Of a stretch of DNA of 39,456 nt, positions 1 through 8,709 are shown piece by piece. Both the position numbers and the translations under genes were made by a program. This stretch comes from a virus: the UHGV virus genome UHGV-1356089; one strand, written 5' to 3'. Each line of letters starts with the position of its first letter. The stretch's first letter is position 1. The notes beneath the pieces are model-generated. The model saw nothing but the letters and a program-made list of their open reading frames with translations, was not told the DNA's origin and did not search any database.

Positions 1-855
1 TCAAAACTTCAGTCCTATCGTGATGAGCTTGTTCGCAATGCTGGTCCTGATGGTCCGGTAAATCTGGATTTGAAGCAATTAAGCGATCTGCGCAGCCAGT
101 TCAGAATGGATGTGAAGGGTGAGCGACCAGTGTTACCAAACCGTTCCGATGCTGCCATTCAGCGCGTTTACAAGGCAATGACCGACGATATCAATGGTGC
201 CATTGGTCAGAATCTTGGCAACGATACTCTCCGTAAATATCAGCAGGCCAATGCCGTCTACGCTGACGAAGCGGCGAAACTAAAGAATACCATGCTGAAG
301 AATGTTCTCATGAAAGGCGACCTGACGCCGGAAGTTGTCAACAACATGCTATTCAGCAAGAACAAATCGGAAATTAAGACGCTGTATAACTCAGTTGGTC
401 GTGTTGGCAGGGCGCAAATGCGCAATGGCATCATTGGAAAGGCGATGGAGAAATCAGGTGGTTCCCCTGATCAGTTCCTTCGACAGCTTAACATCCTGCA
501 AAACCAGACTGGCATCACATTTAAGGGGCAGGACGCTGCTTATCTGAAAGGATTGAAAAACTACCTGCAATCCACGCAGCAGGCTGCAAAAGCGGCAGTA
601 ACAACACCAACAGGGCAGCAAACCATCCCGTTCATTATCGGGTATGGGACAGCAATGAACCCGGCGACAACTGGCGCAGCGGTAAGCTACGGACTTCTTA
701 CTCGCGCCTATGAGAGCGAACCATTCAGAAATGCAATGCTCCGAATGGCAAACACACCACGCGGATCGACAGCGTTTGAGAAAGCCATGCAGCAAGCGCA
801 AAAAGCGATTAATGCACTGACGCAGGGTGCTAAGTCTGATTCGTTGTCAGAATAG
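1..855 (+). CDS. DNA ejection/injection protein, gp16-like, 3' part (5' end lies beyond the window start; in frame with 38314..39456 if the molecule is circular)
   Basis: Frame 1 is open from base 1 to the stop at 853-855; sits where P22-like phages place the last ejection protein, before the tailspike region; the ORF at the right edge is in the same phase. Confidence 0.55.
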   Translation, partial: SKLQSYRDELVRNAGPDGPVNLDLKQLSDLRSQFRMDVKGERPVLPNRSDAAIQRVYKAMTDDINGAIGQNLGNDTLRKYQQANAVYADEAAKLKNTMLKNVLMKGDLTPEVVNNMLFSKNKSEIKTLYNSVGRVGRAQMRNGIIGKAMEKSGGSPDQFLRQLNILQNQTGITFKGQDAAYLKGLKNYLQSTQQAAKAAVTTPTGQQTIPFIIGYGTAMNPATTGAAVSYGLLTRAYESEPFRNAMLRMANTPRGSTAFEKAMQQAQKAINALTQGAKSDSLSE

Positions 856-945
856 CCTTTCAAACACCAGGAACGTGCAAAAACCAAATATGTAGAACGC
901 GAGGTTTATCGTATTCCTCTGCATAGGCGATACCTTTGCTGATTG

Positions 946-1431
946 TTATCTGATGTTACTGCTACTGTTGCATGTTACCGCGTTTCCAAATCCTGAATTG
1001 CAGTTTGTATATGTGTCAACGCGTGTTGGGTAAGGTTGAGTTATAACAGGCTGGCGCGCTTTTTGCTCGATCGCTTGCATTGTGTTTACAGCCTGATAAT
1101 TCAATAAAGCCTGCTGGAATGCTTGGCTTTGTGCTATTTGTTGGGCTTGTTCTTGGCTTTGTAATTGAACATAAAGATTCTGAAGCTCAAGTCTTGCCTG
1201 TGCGTCACTTATCTTGCCTTCATCGACACCTTGCCCGAGCATCTTTGCAGCAAGGACATACAGCTTAGGTGTTGGTGCTGATGCCATGCGTGAGTCGTTC
1301 TTCACACTGGCATCAAGGCAATTAGCCATATCGCTAAGCTTTTGATAGCGTTGTTCGCAACTTGCTTGATAGTCACTTACTTTTGCGCACCCAGCCAGCA
1401 GAAGCGGGATAATTAACAGTGATTTTTTCAT
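946..1431 (-). CDS. Predicted lipoprotein (signal peptide with lipobox LLAGC, Q-rich body); accessory gene
   Basis: N-terminus MKKSLLIIPLLLAGC when started at the ATG at 1431; AAGGAGAG RBS about 8 nt upstream; ORF-track ORF 946..1482 trimmed to this start. Confidence 0.6.
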   Translation of the reverse strand: MKKSLLIIPLLLAGCAKVSDYQASCEQRYQKLSDMANCLDASVKNDSRMASAPTPKLYVLAAKMLGQGVDEGKISDAQARLELQNLYVQLQSQEQAQQIAQSQAFQQALLNYQAVNTMQAIEQKARQPVITQPYPTRVDTYTNCNSGFGNAVTCNSSSNIR

Positions 1432-1465
1432 ATAATTAACTCTCCTTAGTTTTGCGCAGGATACC

Positions 1466-1831
1466 ATGAAAAAAGTTAACATTGGAAACGTACCAAAGAT
1501 GCTCGTACCGCTCTTTGAGAGCGGTACGGTTGTGTTTTGCAGAGACTTTCCAGAATGGCAACGCCTGCATCAAAAACTTGGCGTGGACGTGCAGGACTCG
1601 GATGCCAACGGAGCGTCTCATACAATGAGCAGCGAGAATGGTGTTTTGCATGTGATAGGTGTGTTCAATGGCAAACTATCTACTATTGCCCATGAGTGCG
1701 CTCACATGGCATTCGATATCTGCTCAAGGGTAGGTGTTGATGTTGAACCAGGAAGAGCCAACGAGACTTACTGCTACTTAATGAGCAGGCTTGTTGAGTT
1801 CTGCGAGAGACATATCAAAAAGCCGGAGTGA
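1466..1831 (+). CDS. Hypothetical protein with HExxH motif (possible small zinc metallopeptidase-like protein)
   Basis: 121-aa ORF with AGGA 5 nt upstream of the ATG; HECAH at residues 76-80 (nt 1691-1705); no competing long ORF on the minus strand. Confidence 0.45.
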   Translation: MKKVNIGNVPKMLVPLFESGTVVFCRDFPEWQRLHQKLGVDVQDSDANGASHTMSSENGVLHVIGVFNGKLSTIAHECAHMAFDICSRVGVDVEPGRANETYCYLMSRLVEFCERHIKKPE

Positions 1832-1844
1832 CCCGGCTTGATTA

Positions 1845-2024
1845 TTACTTTTTGCTGTCTGGAGTTCGCTTATCCAATACCCAGCCATGACCTGGCTTTG
1901 TTGTTGGCGGAAGCCTTTCGTTGTCCTTGACGGTGGCAAAATTGTCTTTCTTACCGCCGCGCGGGCCAACTTCTTGGTATATTCCGCCGTTTTTTCCTGT
2001 GTTTTCACCTGGTTTTTTCGCCAT
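1845..2024 (-). CDS. Small basic hypothetical protein (59 aa)
   Basis: ORF-track ORF trimmed to the internal ATG at 2024 (MAKKPGEN...) which has a GAGGT RBS 7 nt upstream; Lys/Gly/Pro-rich. Confidence 0.45.
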   Translation of the reverse strand: MAKKPGENTGKNGGIYQEVGPRGGKKDNFATVKDNERLPPTTKPGHGWVLDKRTPDSKK

Positions 2025-2115
2025 GATATACCTCAACATACACCCGTTATTGGGCGATTAAATATTGATCTCATTTTATGAGTAGTCAATATGGTCCAAA
2101 AAAGGCAAAAATTAA

Positions 2116-2137
2116 CCCGCCATCAGGTGGGTTTTTT
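2116..2137 (+). terminator. Rho-independent terminator-like hairpin (CCCGCC-ATCA-GGTGGG then T6); the reverse complement is also followed by a T-rich run
   Basis: 6-bp stem with one G-U pair, 4-nt loop, TTTTTT; overlaps the mnt stop codon. Confidence 0.5.
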
Positions 2138-2374
2138 GTACAAATCCTTCAGCGTATCAAACACCATCTTCTTAACAAGTTCAGACTGCTCATCAGCGAT
2201 GCGTTCCGCATCGTCTCGATAGCCTGAAATTTTGGATGGCTTTGATACAGCATCAGTCACTATCTGAACTAATTCAGAATTAAGAGAGCGGCCATTGGAT
2301 TTGGCTCGCTGTTTTAGTTTTTCCTTTAATTCGTAAGGTAGCCGCAGATTAAATTGCGGGTCATCTCTTCCCAT
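2123..2374 (-). CDS. mnt: Mnt repressor (ribbon-helix-helix, Arc/Mnt family)
   Basis: 83 aa; MGRDDPQFNLRLPYELKEKLK...ADEQSELVKKMVFDTLKDLYKKPT closely matches P22 Mnt as I remember it. Confidence 0.8.
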   Translation of the reverse strand: MGRDDPQFNLRLPYELKEKLKQRAKSNGRSLNSELVQIVTDAVSKPSKISGYRDDAERIADEQSELVKKMVFDTLKDLYKKPT

Positions 2375-2437
2375 TCTTGATGCCTCGCTTTTGTGAGTGG
2401 ATCGGCATCTTATTATCTGCTGGTTGCATCCTCAATA

Positions 2438-2452
2438 AGACCACAGTGGTCT
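2438..2452. promoter_or_regulatory. Candidate Mnt operator: perfect 15-bp palindrome AGACCAC-A-GTGGTCT
   Basis: Perfect inverted repeat in the 146-bp gap between mnt (minus) and the tailspike gene (plus); resembles the GTCCAC/GTGGAC-type symmetry of the P22 mnt operator. Confidence 0.5.
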
Positions 2453-2520
2453 CTTTGTTTGATTAATAATGCATCACCGTAGCCATGCTGCGGCGATTCC
2501 TTGTATCTGGAGCAAATTAA

Positions 2521-4995
2521 ATGACAGACATTACAGCCAATGTTGTAGTGAGTATGCCTTCGCAACTCTTCACTATGGCGCGTTCTTTTAAAGCCGTAGC
2601 CAATGGCAAAATTTATATCGGTAAAATTGACACTGACCCGGTAAATCCTGAAAACCAGATTCAGGTTTATGTAGAGAACGAAGACGGTTCTCACGTTCCT
2701 GTTTCGCAACCAATCATCATTAACGCTGCTGGTTATCCGGTATATAACGGACAGATTGCCAAATTCGTAACTGAGCAAGGCCATTCTATGGCTGTTTATG
2801 ATGCGTATGGTGCACAGCAGTTCAAATTCCCAAATGTGCTGAAGTATGACCCCGATCAGCTACGGCAGCAATTAGAAGATCCAGATGGCGCTAAAAAATA
2901 TCCTGAGTTGCAGATAGCACGATGGAGAGATTGTGGAGATGTTAGAGGTTGGGGAGCAAAAATAGATGGGGTAACAGATGATTCAGATGCTTTTATTAAA
3001 GCTTTAAACTCTGGAAGGTCGGTTATAACAATTCCTGAAGGAATATGCATCATCAAGAAGAATATTAACATTCCTGAAGGGTGTTCACTGGTTGGATCTG
3101 GCATTGATTATTGGGATACATATAGACCAGCGCCTGAAAGATTATTAAAAAGTTGGAGTAAAGGAACCCATCTTGTATTTACTGGTGATGGAGAAAAAAA
3201 CAAATATTTTTTTAACATCTCTAATGAAAGACCGGTTAAAATTGTTGAAGGGATATCTTGTAAGTTCACTGAGTTTACGAATGAAGATTCTGTAGGTGTT
3301 ACTCCTGCTACACCAAAAGCCATGAGCGTAGCTGTTAGTATCAACAGGGCATCACAGTTACGCAATCTGAGAATAATGGTAAGTAAAAATGGTATTGAAG
3401 GATACAATAACCCTGATTCTTATTCATTGGGTGATAACTGGGATATAGGGTTGCATGTATACGATAGCTGTGATTCAGTTATTGATAACGTACAGATTGT
3501 CGGCTATTGGAGGGTAAAAGGACTACTACTGACAGAAAATGACGGGAGCCTTTCAATGAAGGGAAATCCTGAAAAAACGCACTTTAATAACGTTTATGTA
3601 CAGTCAGGAATCGCGATAAGGAATAGCCCTCAGATTGATCTTGTAAGTAATACTGAAAGCTCAGTGACATTTAAACATAAAAAGTCGATGAGAATAACTT
3701 CAGTTAAACAGTTTAAAATTGCTGGCAGTGAATCAGTATATACGTATTCAGATGCATCATTTGATGGAACTAATATCACACTATCTGGTATTTCTCCTGA
3801 AATACAAGGTTCAATAAGTGTAATCAGGTTTCCGTCAATTGGTAATAATTTTAGTGGGACTGTTTTTGAGAATACAGTAGCCACTACTCTTGATCATACA
3901 TCAGGTAAGCCATCAGAATACTTTGGCCTTCCTGCATCCTTTGCATTAGAGATTGATGGTTTCCCTGTTCGTAATTTAAGGCTTGATAAATTCAAAGCTC
4001 AAACTACCTTTGATAAAGGAAATTGCATTTTTGGTGATTGCCGTGATGTTAAAATCACATCATCTGAGTTTGAAAATGGAATTATGATTGCGTATAACCT
4101 GACCGAGACTCATGGTTATACAGGAAATCTTAGATTTTTTGCTTCTGATCTTCAGAGCAGCGTTAACACAAGCGAGTTTAAACCAAGAGACGCATTTGTA
4201 GACAATAGACAAATAAAAACGGAGTTTACTGATGGTTCTTTCATTATAAAGAACTGGAGGCCTACAGATACAAAAATACAATGGTCGTCTGGAGTGGATG
4301 CTATTGTTCTTAGAGAGTCACCTGACGAACAATCAAACGGAAATATTTACGGGTATCACATTGATGGTAAAAGATGGATTAATGTTAGTGGATATAACAA
4401 AGATATAAATATTTCATCAAGAAACTTAAGCGTAAAAAACCATAGTGATGACTCCGCAGTTATTAATATATTCGGCGACTCTGGAAATATTGCCATTAAA
4501 GGTAATTTTTCACCAATTGTTGATAACAGCAAATCTCTTGGTGCACCATCATTTAGATGGGCTCAGATTTATTCTGCATCTGGGACTATAAGCACATCAG
4601 ATGAAACACTTAAAACAATATATGACATTACTCAGGCAGAGCGTGATGCTGCGCTGGAAATAAAGGGAATTATATGCAAGTTCAGGTTTAATGAGTCGAT
4701 TAATTTTAAAGGATTGGAGTTATCAAGGTATCATTTTGGAGTTGGCGCTCAAACCGTAGGGGATATTCTTAGAAAGCATGGTTTAAACCCTGAGCAATAT
4801 GCTTTTTGGTGTTACGATGAATGGCCAGACGTATGGGATGAAGAGGTGATAACTGAAGAGAGCACAGATCCTGATACAGGTGAGAAAATTTATTCTCAAT
4901 ATAAAACAGGAAATATGATTCTTGTAAAAAAAGCAGGTGGACGCTACGGAATTCGTTATGACGAATTGGCTATGTTTATATTAATGGCAATGTAG
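2521..4995 (+). CDS. Tailspike: P22-type N-terminal head-binding domain, central probable glycan depolymerase, C-terminal self-cleaving chaperone domain
   Basis: N-terminal ~110 aa match the P22 gp9 head-binding domain; the C-terminus has an [10 protein letters not shown]... segment like the self-cleaving chaperone domains of endosialidases and K5 lyase. Confidence 0.85.
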   Translation: MTDITANVVVSMPSQLFTMARSFKAVANGKIYIGKIDTDPVNPENQIQVYVENEDGSHVPVSQPIIINAAGYPVYNGQIAKFVTEQGHSMAVYDAYGAQQFKFPNVLKYDPDQLRQQLEDPDGAKKYPELQIARWRDCGDVRGWGAKIDGVTDDSDAFIKALNSGRSVITIPEGICIIKKNINIPEGCSLVGSGIDYWDTYRPAPERLLKSWSKGTHLVFTGDGEKNKYFFNISNERPVKIVEGISCKFTEFTNEDSVGVTPATPKAMSVAVSINRASQLRNLRIMVSKNGIEGYNNPDSYSLGDNWDIGLHVYDSCDSVIDNVQIVGYWRVKGLLLTENDGSLSMKGNPEKTHFNNVYVQSGIAIRNSPQIDLVSNTESSVTFKHKKSMRITSVKQFKIAGSESVYTYSDASFDGTNITLSGISPEIQGSISVIRFPSIGNNFSGTVFENTVATTLDHTSGKPSEYFGLPASFALEIDGFPVRNLRLDKFKAQTTFDKGNCIFGDCRDVKITSSEFENGIMIAYNLTETHGYTGNLRFFASDLQSSVNTSEFKPRDAFVDNRQIKTEFTDGSFIIKNWRPTDTKIQWSSGVDAIVLRESPDEQSNGNIYGYHIDGKRWINVSGYNKDINISSRNLSVKNHSDDSAVINIFGDSGNIAIKGNFSPIVDNSKSLGAPSFRWAQIYSASGTISTSDETLKTIYDITQAERDAALEIKGIICKFRFNESINFKGLELSRYHFGVGAQTVGDILRKHGLNPEQYAFWCYDEWPDVWDEEVITEESTDPDTGEKIYSQYKTGNMILVKKAGGRYGIRYDELAMFILMAM

Positions 4996-5013
4996 TTGCA
5001 ATAAATGCAGTAT

Positions 5014-5043
5014 ATCCCGCATGAAAACTGCGGGATTGTTTTT
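5014..5043 (+). terminator. Rho-independent terminator after the tailspike gene
   Basis: ATCCCGCA-TGAAAAC-TGCGGGAT stem-loop followed by TGTTTTT. Confidence 0.75.
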
Positions 5044-5294
5044 ATCTAGTGTATTTGTGAGTTTTAAATAAAATTTGGTATGGATTCTTGCATCGTAGTG
5101 AACGCAGGATTACCTATGAAACAAAACTGAGACACACAAAGCTTTGCACTGGATTGCAAGGCTTTGTGTCATTCGATAGTTAAGGTGGATCACTCCACCT
5201 TTTCATCAAGACAATCCGCCCACCACTGCATCATGTCTCTGCGATTATCGAGATACTGAGCATGGTTGTAAATTCAACTAACCCAGTGAGTTGG

Positions 5295-5336
5295 CAAAAA
5301 ATTAGCGCAAGAGGACAAAAAATCACCTTGCGCTAA
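5295..5336 (-). terminator. tI/sib-like hairpin and terminator downstream of int
   Basis: Minus strand reads TTAGCGCAAG-(15 nt)-CTTGCGCTAA then TTTTTT; matches the lambda tI/sib sequence as I recall it. Confidence 0.7.
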
Positions 5337-5340
5337 TGCT

Positions 5341-5580
5341 CTGTTACAGGTCACTAATGCCATCTAAGTGTTTGATTCATAGTGACTGGATATGTTGTGA
5401 TTTGTAGCATTATGCAGTCTATTTTTTAGACTAAAGATATTATAACACATTGATATTAATGGTTTTTAATGTTTCATGTTCAGCTTTTTTATACTAAGTT
5501 GGCATTATAAAAAAGCATTGCTTATCAATTTGTTGCAACGAACAGGTCACTATCAGTCAAAATAAAATCATTATTTGATT
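5341..5580. other. attP: Lambda-type attP (core GCTTTTTTATACTAA at 5483..5497, with P and P' arms)
   Basis: Core identical to the lambda att core; arm-type sites CAGGTCACTAAT (5347-5358), CATAGTGACTGG (5378-5389) and CAGGTCACTATCAGTCAAAAT (5543-5563); core ~75 bp from the int 3' end as in lambda. Confidence 0.85.
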
Positions 5581-6641
5581 TCAATTTTGTCCCACTCCCT
5601 GCCTCTGTCATCACGATACTGTGATGCCATGGTGTCCGACTTATGCCCGAGAAGATGTTGAGCAAACTTATCGCTTATCTGCTTCTCATAGAGTCTTGCA
5701 GACAAACTGCGCAACTCGTGAAAGGTAGGCGGATCCCCTTCGAAGGAAAGACCTGATGCTTTTCGTGCGCGCATAAAATACCTTGATACTGTGCCGGATG
5801 AAAGCGGTTCACGACGAGTAGATGCAATTATGGTTTCTCCGCCAAGAATCTCTTTGCATTTATCAAGTGTTTCCTTCATTGATATCCCGAGAGCATCAAC
5901 ATGCAATGTTGTAGGGATGGCAATTTTTACGCCCGTTTTGCTTTGCTCGACATAAAGATATCCATCTACGATATCAGACCACTTCATTTCGCATAAATCA
6001 CCAACTCGCTGCCCGGTAACAACAGCCAGTTCCATTGCAAGTCTTAGCCAACATGGTGATGATTCTGCTGCTTGATAAATTTTCAGGTATTCGTCAGCCG
6101 TAAGCCTTGATCTCCTTACCTCTGATTTTGCTGCGCGAGTGGCAGCGACCGGGTTTGTTGTTATATGGCCTTCAGCTATTGCCTCTCGGAATGCATCGCT
6201 CAGTGTTGATCTGATTAACTTGGCTGATGCCGCCTTGCCCTCGTCTATGTATCCATTGAGCATTGCCGCAATTTCTTTTGTGGTGATGTCTTCAAGTGGA
6301 GCATCAGGCAGACCCCTCCTTATTGCTTTAATTTTGCTCATGTAATTTATGAGTGTCTTCTGCTTGATTCCTCTGCTGGCGAGTATTTTTTCGTAGCGAT
6401 CAAGCCATGAATGTAACGTAACAGAATTATCACTGTTGATTCTTGCTGTCAGAGGCTTGTGTTTGTGTCCTGAGAATAACTCAATGTTTGCCTGTATTGC
6501 TTCAGTAATTGCTATCCTCCTGTCTCTGCCTAATCCGAACTCTTTACCCGTCCTTGGGTCCCTGTAGCAGTAATATCCATTGTTTCTTATATAAAGGTTA
6601 GGGGGTAAATCCCGGCGCTCATGACTTCGCCTTCTTCCCAT
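5571..6641 (-). CDS. int: Tyrosine integrase, lambda Int
   Basis: 356 aa, MGRRRSHERRDLPPNLYIRNNGYYCYRDPRTGKEFGLG... matches lambda Int along its length. Confidence 0.95.
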   Translation of the reverse strand: MGRRRSHERRDLPPNLYIRNNGYYCYRDPRTGKEFGLGRDRRIAITEAIQANIELFSGHKHKPLTARINSDNSVTLHSWLDRYEKILASRGIKQKTLINYMSKIKAIRRGLPDAPLEDITTKEIAAMLNGYIDEGKAASAKLIRSTLSDAFREAIAEGHITTNPVAATRAAKSEVRRSRLTADEYLKIYQAAESSPCWLRLAMELAVVTGQRVGDLCEMKWSDIVDGYLYVEQSKTGVKIAIPTTLHVDALGISMKETLDKCKEILGGETIIASTRREPLSSGTVSRYFMRARKASGLSFEGDPPTFHELRSLSARLYEKQISDKFAQHLLGHKSDTMASQYRDDRGREWDKIEIK

Positions 6642-6837
6642 TTCTGATCCTCTTCAAAAGGCTACCTGTTATTGGTCGATTTAAGTCAACCTTTACCGCT
6701 GATTCGTGGAACAGATACTCTCTTCCATCCTTAACCGGAGGAGGGAATATCCTGCATTCGCGTACCCATCGACGAACTGTTTCAAGGCTTCTTGGGCGTC
6801 GCTGGCGTGCGTTCCACTCCTGAAGTGTCAAGTACAT
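6619..6837 (-). CDS. xis: Excisionase, lambda Xis
   Basis: 72 aa, MYLTLQEWNARQRRPRSLETVRRWVRE...; overlaps the int start as in lambda. Confidence 0.9.
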   Translation of the reverse strand: MYLTLQEWNARQRRPRSLETVRRWVRECRIFPPPVKDGREYLFHESAVKVDLNRPITGSLLKRIRNGKKAKS

Positions 6838-6848
6838 CGCAAAGTCTC

Positions 6849-6862
6849 CGCAATTACACGCA
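6849..6862 (-). promoter_or_regulatory. Candidate cII-activated pI promoter site (TTGC-N6-TTGC)
   Basis: Minus strand TTGCGTGTAATTGC just upstream of the xis start, matching the lambda pI cII-box arrangement. Confidence 0.55.
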
Positions 6863-6884
6863 AGAAAAAACCGCCATCAGGCGG
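6861..6884 (-). terminator. Rho-independent terminator in the pL operon upstream of xis
   Basis: Minus strand GCCGCC-TGAT-GGCGGT followed by TTTTTTCTT. Confidence 0.55.
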
Positions 6885-7162
6885 CTTGGTGTTCTTTCAG
6901 TTCTTCAATTCGAATATTGGTTACGTCTGCATGCGCTATCTGCGCCCATATCATCCAGTGGTCATAGCAGTCATTGATGTTCTCTGCTTCGATAACTCTG
7001 TTGAATGGTTCTCCATTCCATGCACCTGTGACTCGGAAGTGCATTTATCATCTCCATAAAACAAAACCCGCCGTAGCGAGTTCAGATAAAAGAAATCCCC
7101 GCGAATGCGAGGATTGTTATTCATTGCTGATATTCACCCTTATCGCGAACACCTTTACCGGT

Positions 7163-7405
7163 TTATCTCCTTTGCATGGCACGTAATTTTTTCAGATGGT
7201 TCTCCTGCTCTGTTTCAGCCAGGATCTGGTGATATTCTCTGTGATCAATGTGTTCGAATAAATTATTGAATTTTCTGATGCACACTCTTCCAGGATAGCC
7301 ATCCATCCTCTTGAAGAACACTGAGTGATCAGTACTACGAATGATTTTTACTGGATAGCCAGCGCTATCGGTGTATATCTGACCACGTTGAATCAGAGAG
7401 AACAT
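7163..7405 (-). CDS. Hypothetical early protein (80 aa)
   Basis: ORF with GGGGAT-type RBS; in the xis-to-recombination block of the leftward operon. Confidence 0.5.
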   Translation of the reverse strand: MFSLIQRGQIYTDSAGYPVKIIRSTDHSVFFKRMDGYPGRVCIRKFNNLFEHIDHREYHQILAETEQENHLKKLRAMQRR

Positions 7406-7466
7406 TCGTTTATCCCCAGATAAAAATATAGCAATACCAATTACATAAAATACTTCAGGCCAAGCA

Positions 7467-8417
7467 TCATTTCACCTCCTGCGGCGGTTCCGGTAGCGGC
7501 ATCCAGTGAGTTGCTTGCTCAATACCATTACCCTGCTTAATCGTTGCATCTCCGCGCCGAAAGGTGCTTCCGGTATAGCGTGCGGAGCATATTAGCGGTT
7601 CAACCAGAGAGCTATCGAAATTCACCGAAATAAGCACGTTCTGGCCCTTTTCAGGCATTCGCTCACTACAGCTTATCCAACCATCCGGAGTTACCGGAGA
7701 GTTGCCGGGTTCTTTAATGTGCAAGCGAGGCTCACCATCTTTTGGCTCAGGCCACTGGCGCTCCATGTTGATCTTCAATTTATCTTCCATAGCAGCGGTA
7801 ATTTCAGCATCGCTGATGCCAGCACGGCGCTGTGCATCCCACAACAGAAACTGCATATCAGCCCACTCGCTAAGATCGTCTGGTTCGGCTGCGGCTTCCA
7901 GTGCCTCTTTTGAGAGATGTTTCAGCGGGCCAACTGGACCAACACAGCCAAACGTCTTATCTGACCATTCAGCATGGCGCTGCCGGATTAAATTGCGCAA
8001 TTGAAGCGATGATCCGTTCTCCTCTGACAACTCTTCATGATTACTTGCAGGTTCGACACCCTGAAGCATGGCGGCGCGGCAGGCATTCCAGCCTCTCACC
8101 TCTGCAATAGCGGCAACAGCATCGACCGCGTACATTTTAAGAGGGTTGGGCATTGGTTTTTCTTCAGGTACTACTGGCATTGGAGGGGCGGCGTATACTT
8201 CAATAATCCCATTATCAATAGGCCATTCTCCATCCTTGAGGTAGTCACTTGTGCCGTCAACTTGCTGTTCTGCAATGTGGAATGCACCTATTGGTTTTGC
8301 TTCCAGTGATGCCAGTGCAATTTCATAAGCACGGCGCTCAATATTGTCTCGAACGTCCAGGCTGCCTATGCGCTCTTTGATTTCTTTAATCAGTTCTTTG
8401 TCGGTGAAAGTTGTCAT
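7467..8417 (-). CDS. Phage protein with DUF550-like and DUF551-like regions
   Basis: 316 aa; C-terminal WISCSERMPEKGQNVLISV... is typical of DUF551; family assignment from memory. Confidence 0.55.
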   Translation of the reverse strand: MTTFTDKELIKEIKERIGSLDVRDNIERRAYEIALASLEAKPIGAFHIAEQQVDGTSDYLKDGEWPIDNGIIEVYAAPPMPVVPEEKPMPNPLKMYAVDAVAAIAEVRGWNACRAAMLQGVEPASNHEELSEENGSSLQLRNLIRQRHAEWSDKTFGCVGPVGPLKHLSKEALEAAAEPDDLSEWADMQFLLWDAQRRAGISDAEITAAMEDKLKINMERQWPEPKDGEPRLHIKEPGNSPVTPDGWISCSERMPEKGQNVLISVNFDSSLVEPLICSARYTGSTFRRGDATIKQGNGIEQATHWMPLPEPPQEVK

Positions 8418-8420
8418 ATG

Positions 8421-8708
8421 TTAGTCCTCATCCACTTCAACGCCATCTTTCAGCGTGATGCCGTGCCAATCATCAGCCCAACTGGTTAGCCCTGGCGCAT
8501 CAATGCTAGGCATATAGACGCTTGCAGTGTGGTAGCCCTTATCGTTATCAATGCTGGCAACGTGCTCGCCGTTGTATGCGCTCAGCGTGTCCAGGACGCT
8601 ATAAAACTTTCCTCCGGCTGCCCTGAAATCCTTTACAGCCTTCACAAGGCGATTCCACGCTTTTTCCTGTTCTGGCGTCAGGTCGATTAATTCCTGCAAA
8701 GTTGCCAT
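8421..8708 (-). CDS. Hypothetical protein (95 aa)
   Basis: ORF-track ORF 8421..8807 trimmed to the ATG at 8708 (MATLQELIDL...) with AAGGAGAG RBS; abuts the upstream gene stop at 8710. Confidence 0.55.
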   Translation of the reverse strand: MATLQELIDLTPEQEKAWNRLVKAVKDFRAAGGKFYSVLDTLSAYNGEHVASIDNDKGYHTASVYMPSIDAPGLTSWADDWHGITLKDGVEVDED

Positions 8709-8709
8709 A

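Noticed and set aside
2413-2784. 123-aa minus-strand ORF spanning the mnt-tailspike gap and the tailspike 5' end
   Set aside because: Antisense to the well-supported tailspike start and covers the operator region; no RBS; Cys- and Arg-rich low-complexity translation.
2856-4281. Several minus-strand ORFs (82-99 aa) inside the tailspike gene
   Set aside because: All lie antisense within a confidently identified long CDS; typical shadow ORFs.
6706-7186. Plus-strand ORFs (61-117 aa) between xis and the 80-aa early gene
   Set aside because: They run against the leftward operon, overlap the pI site and terminator, and lack RBSs; a possible 58-aa minus-strand ORF here was also left uncalled as unsupported.
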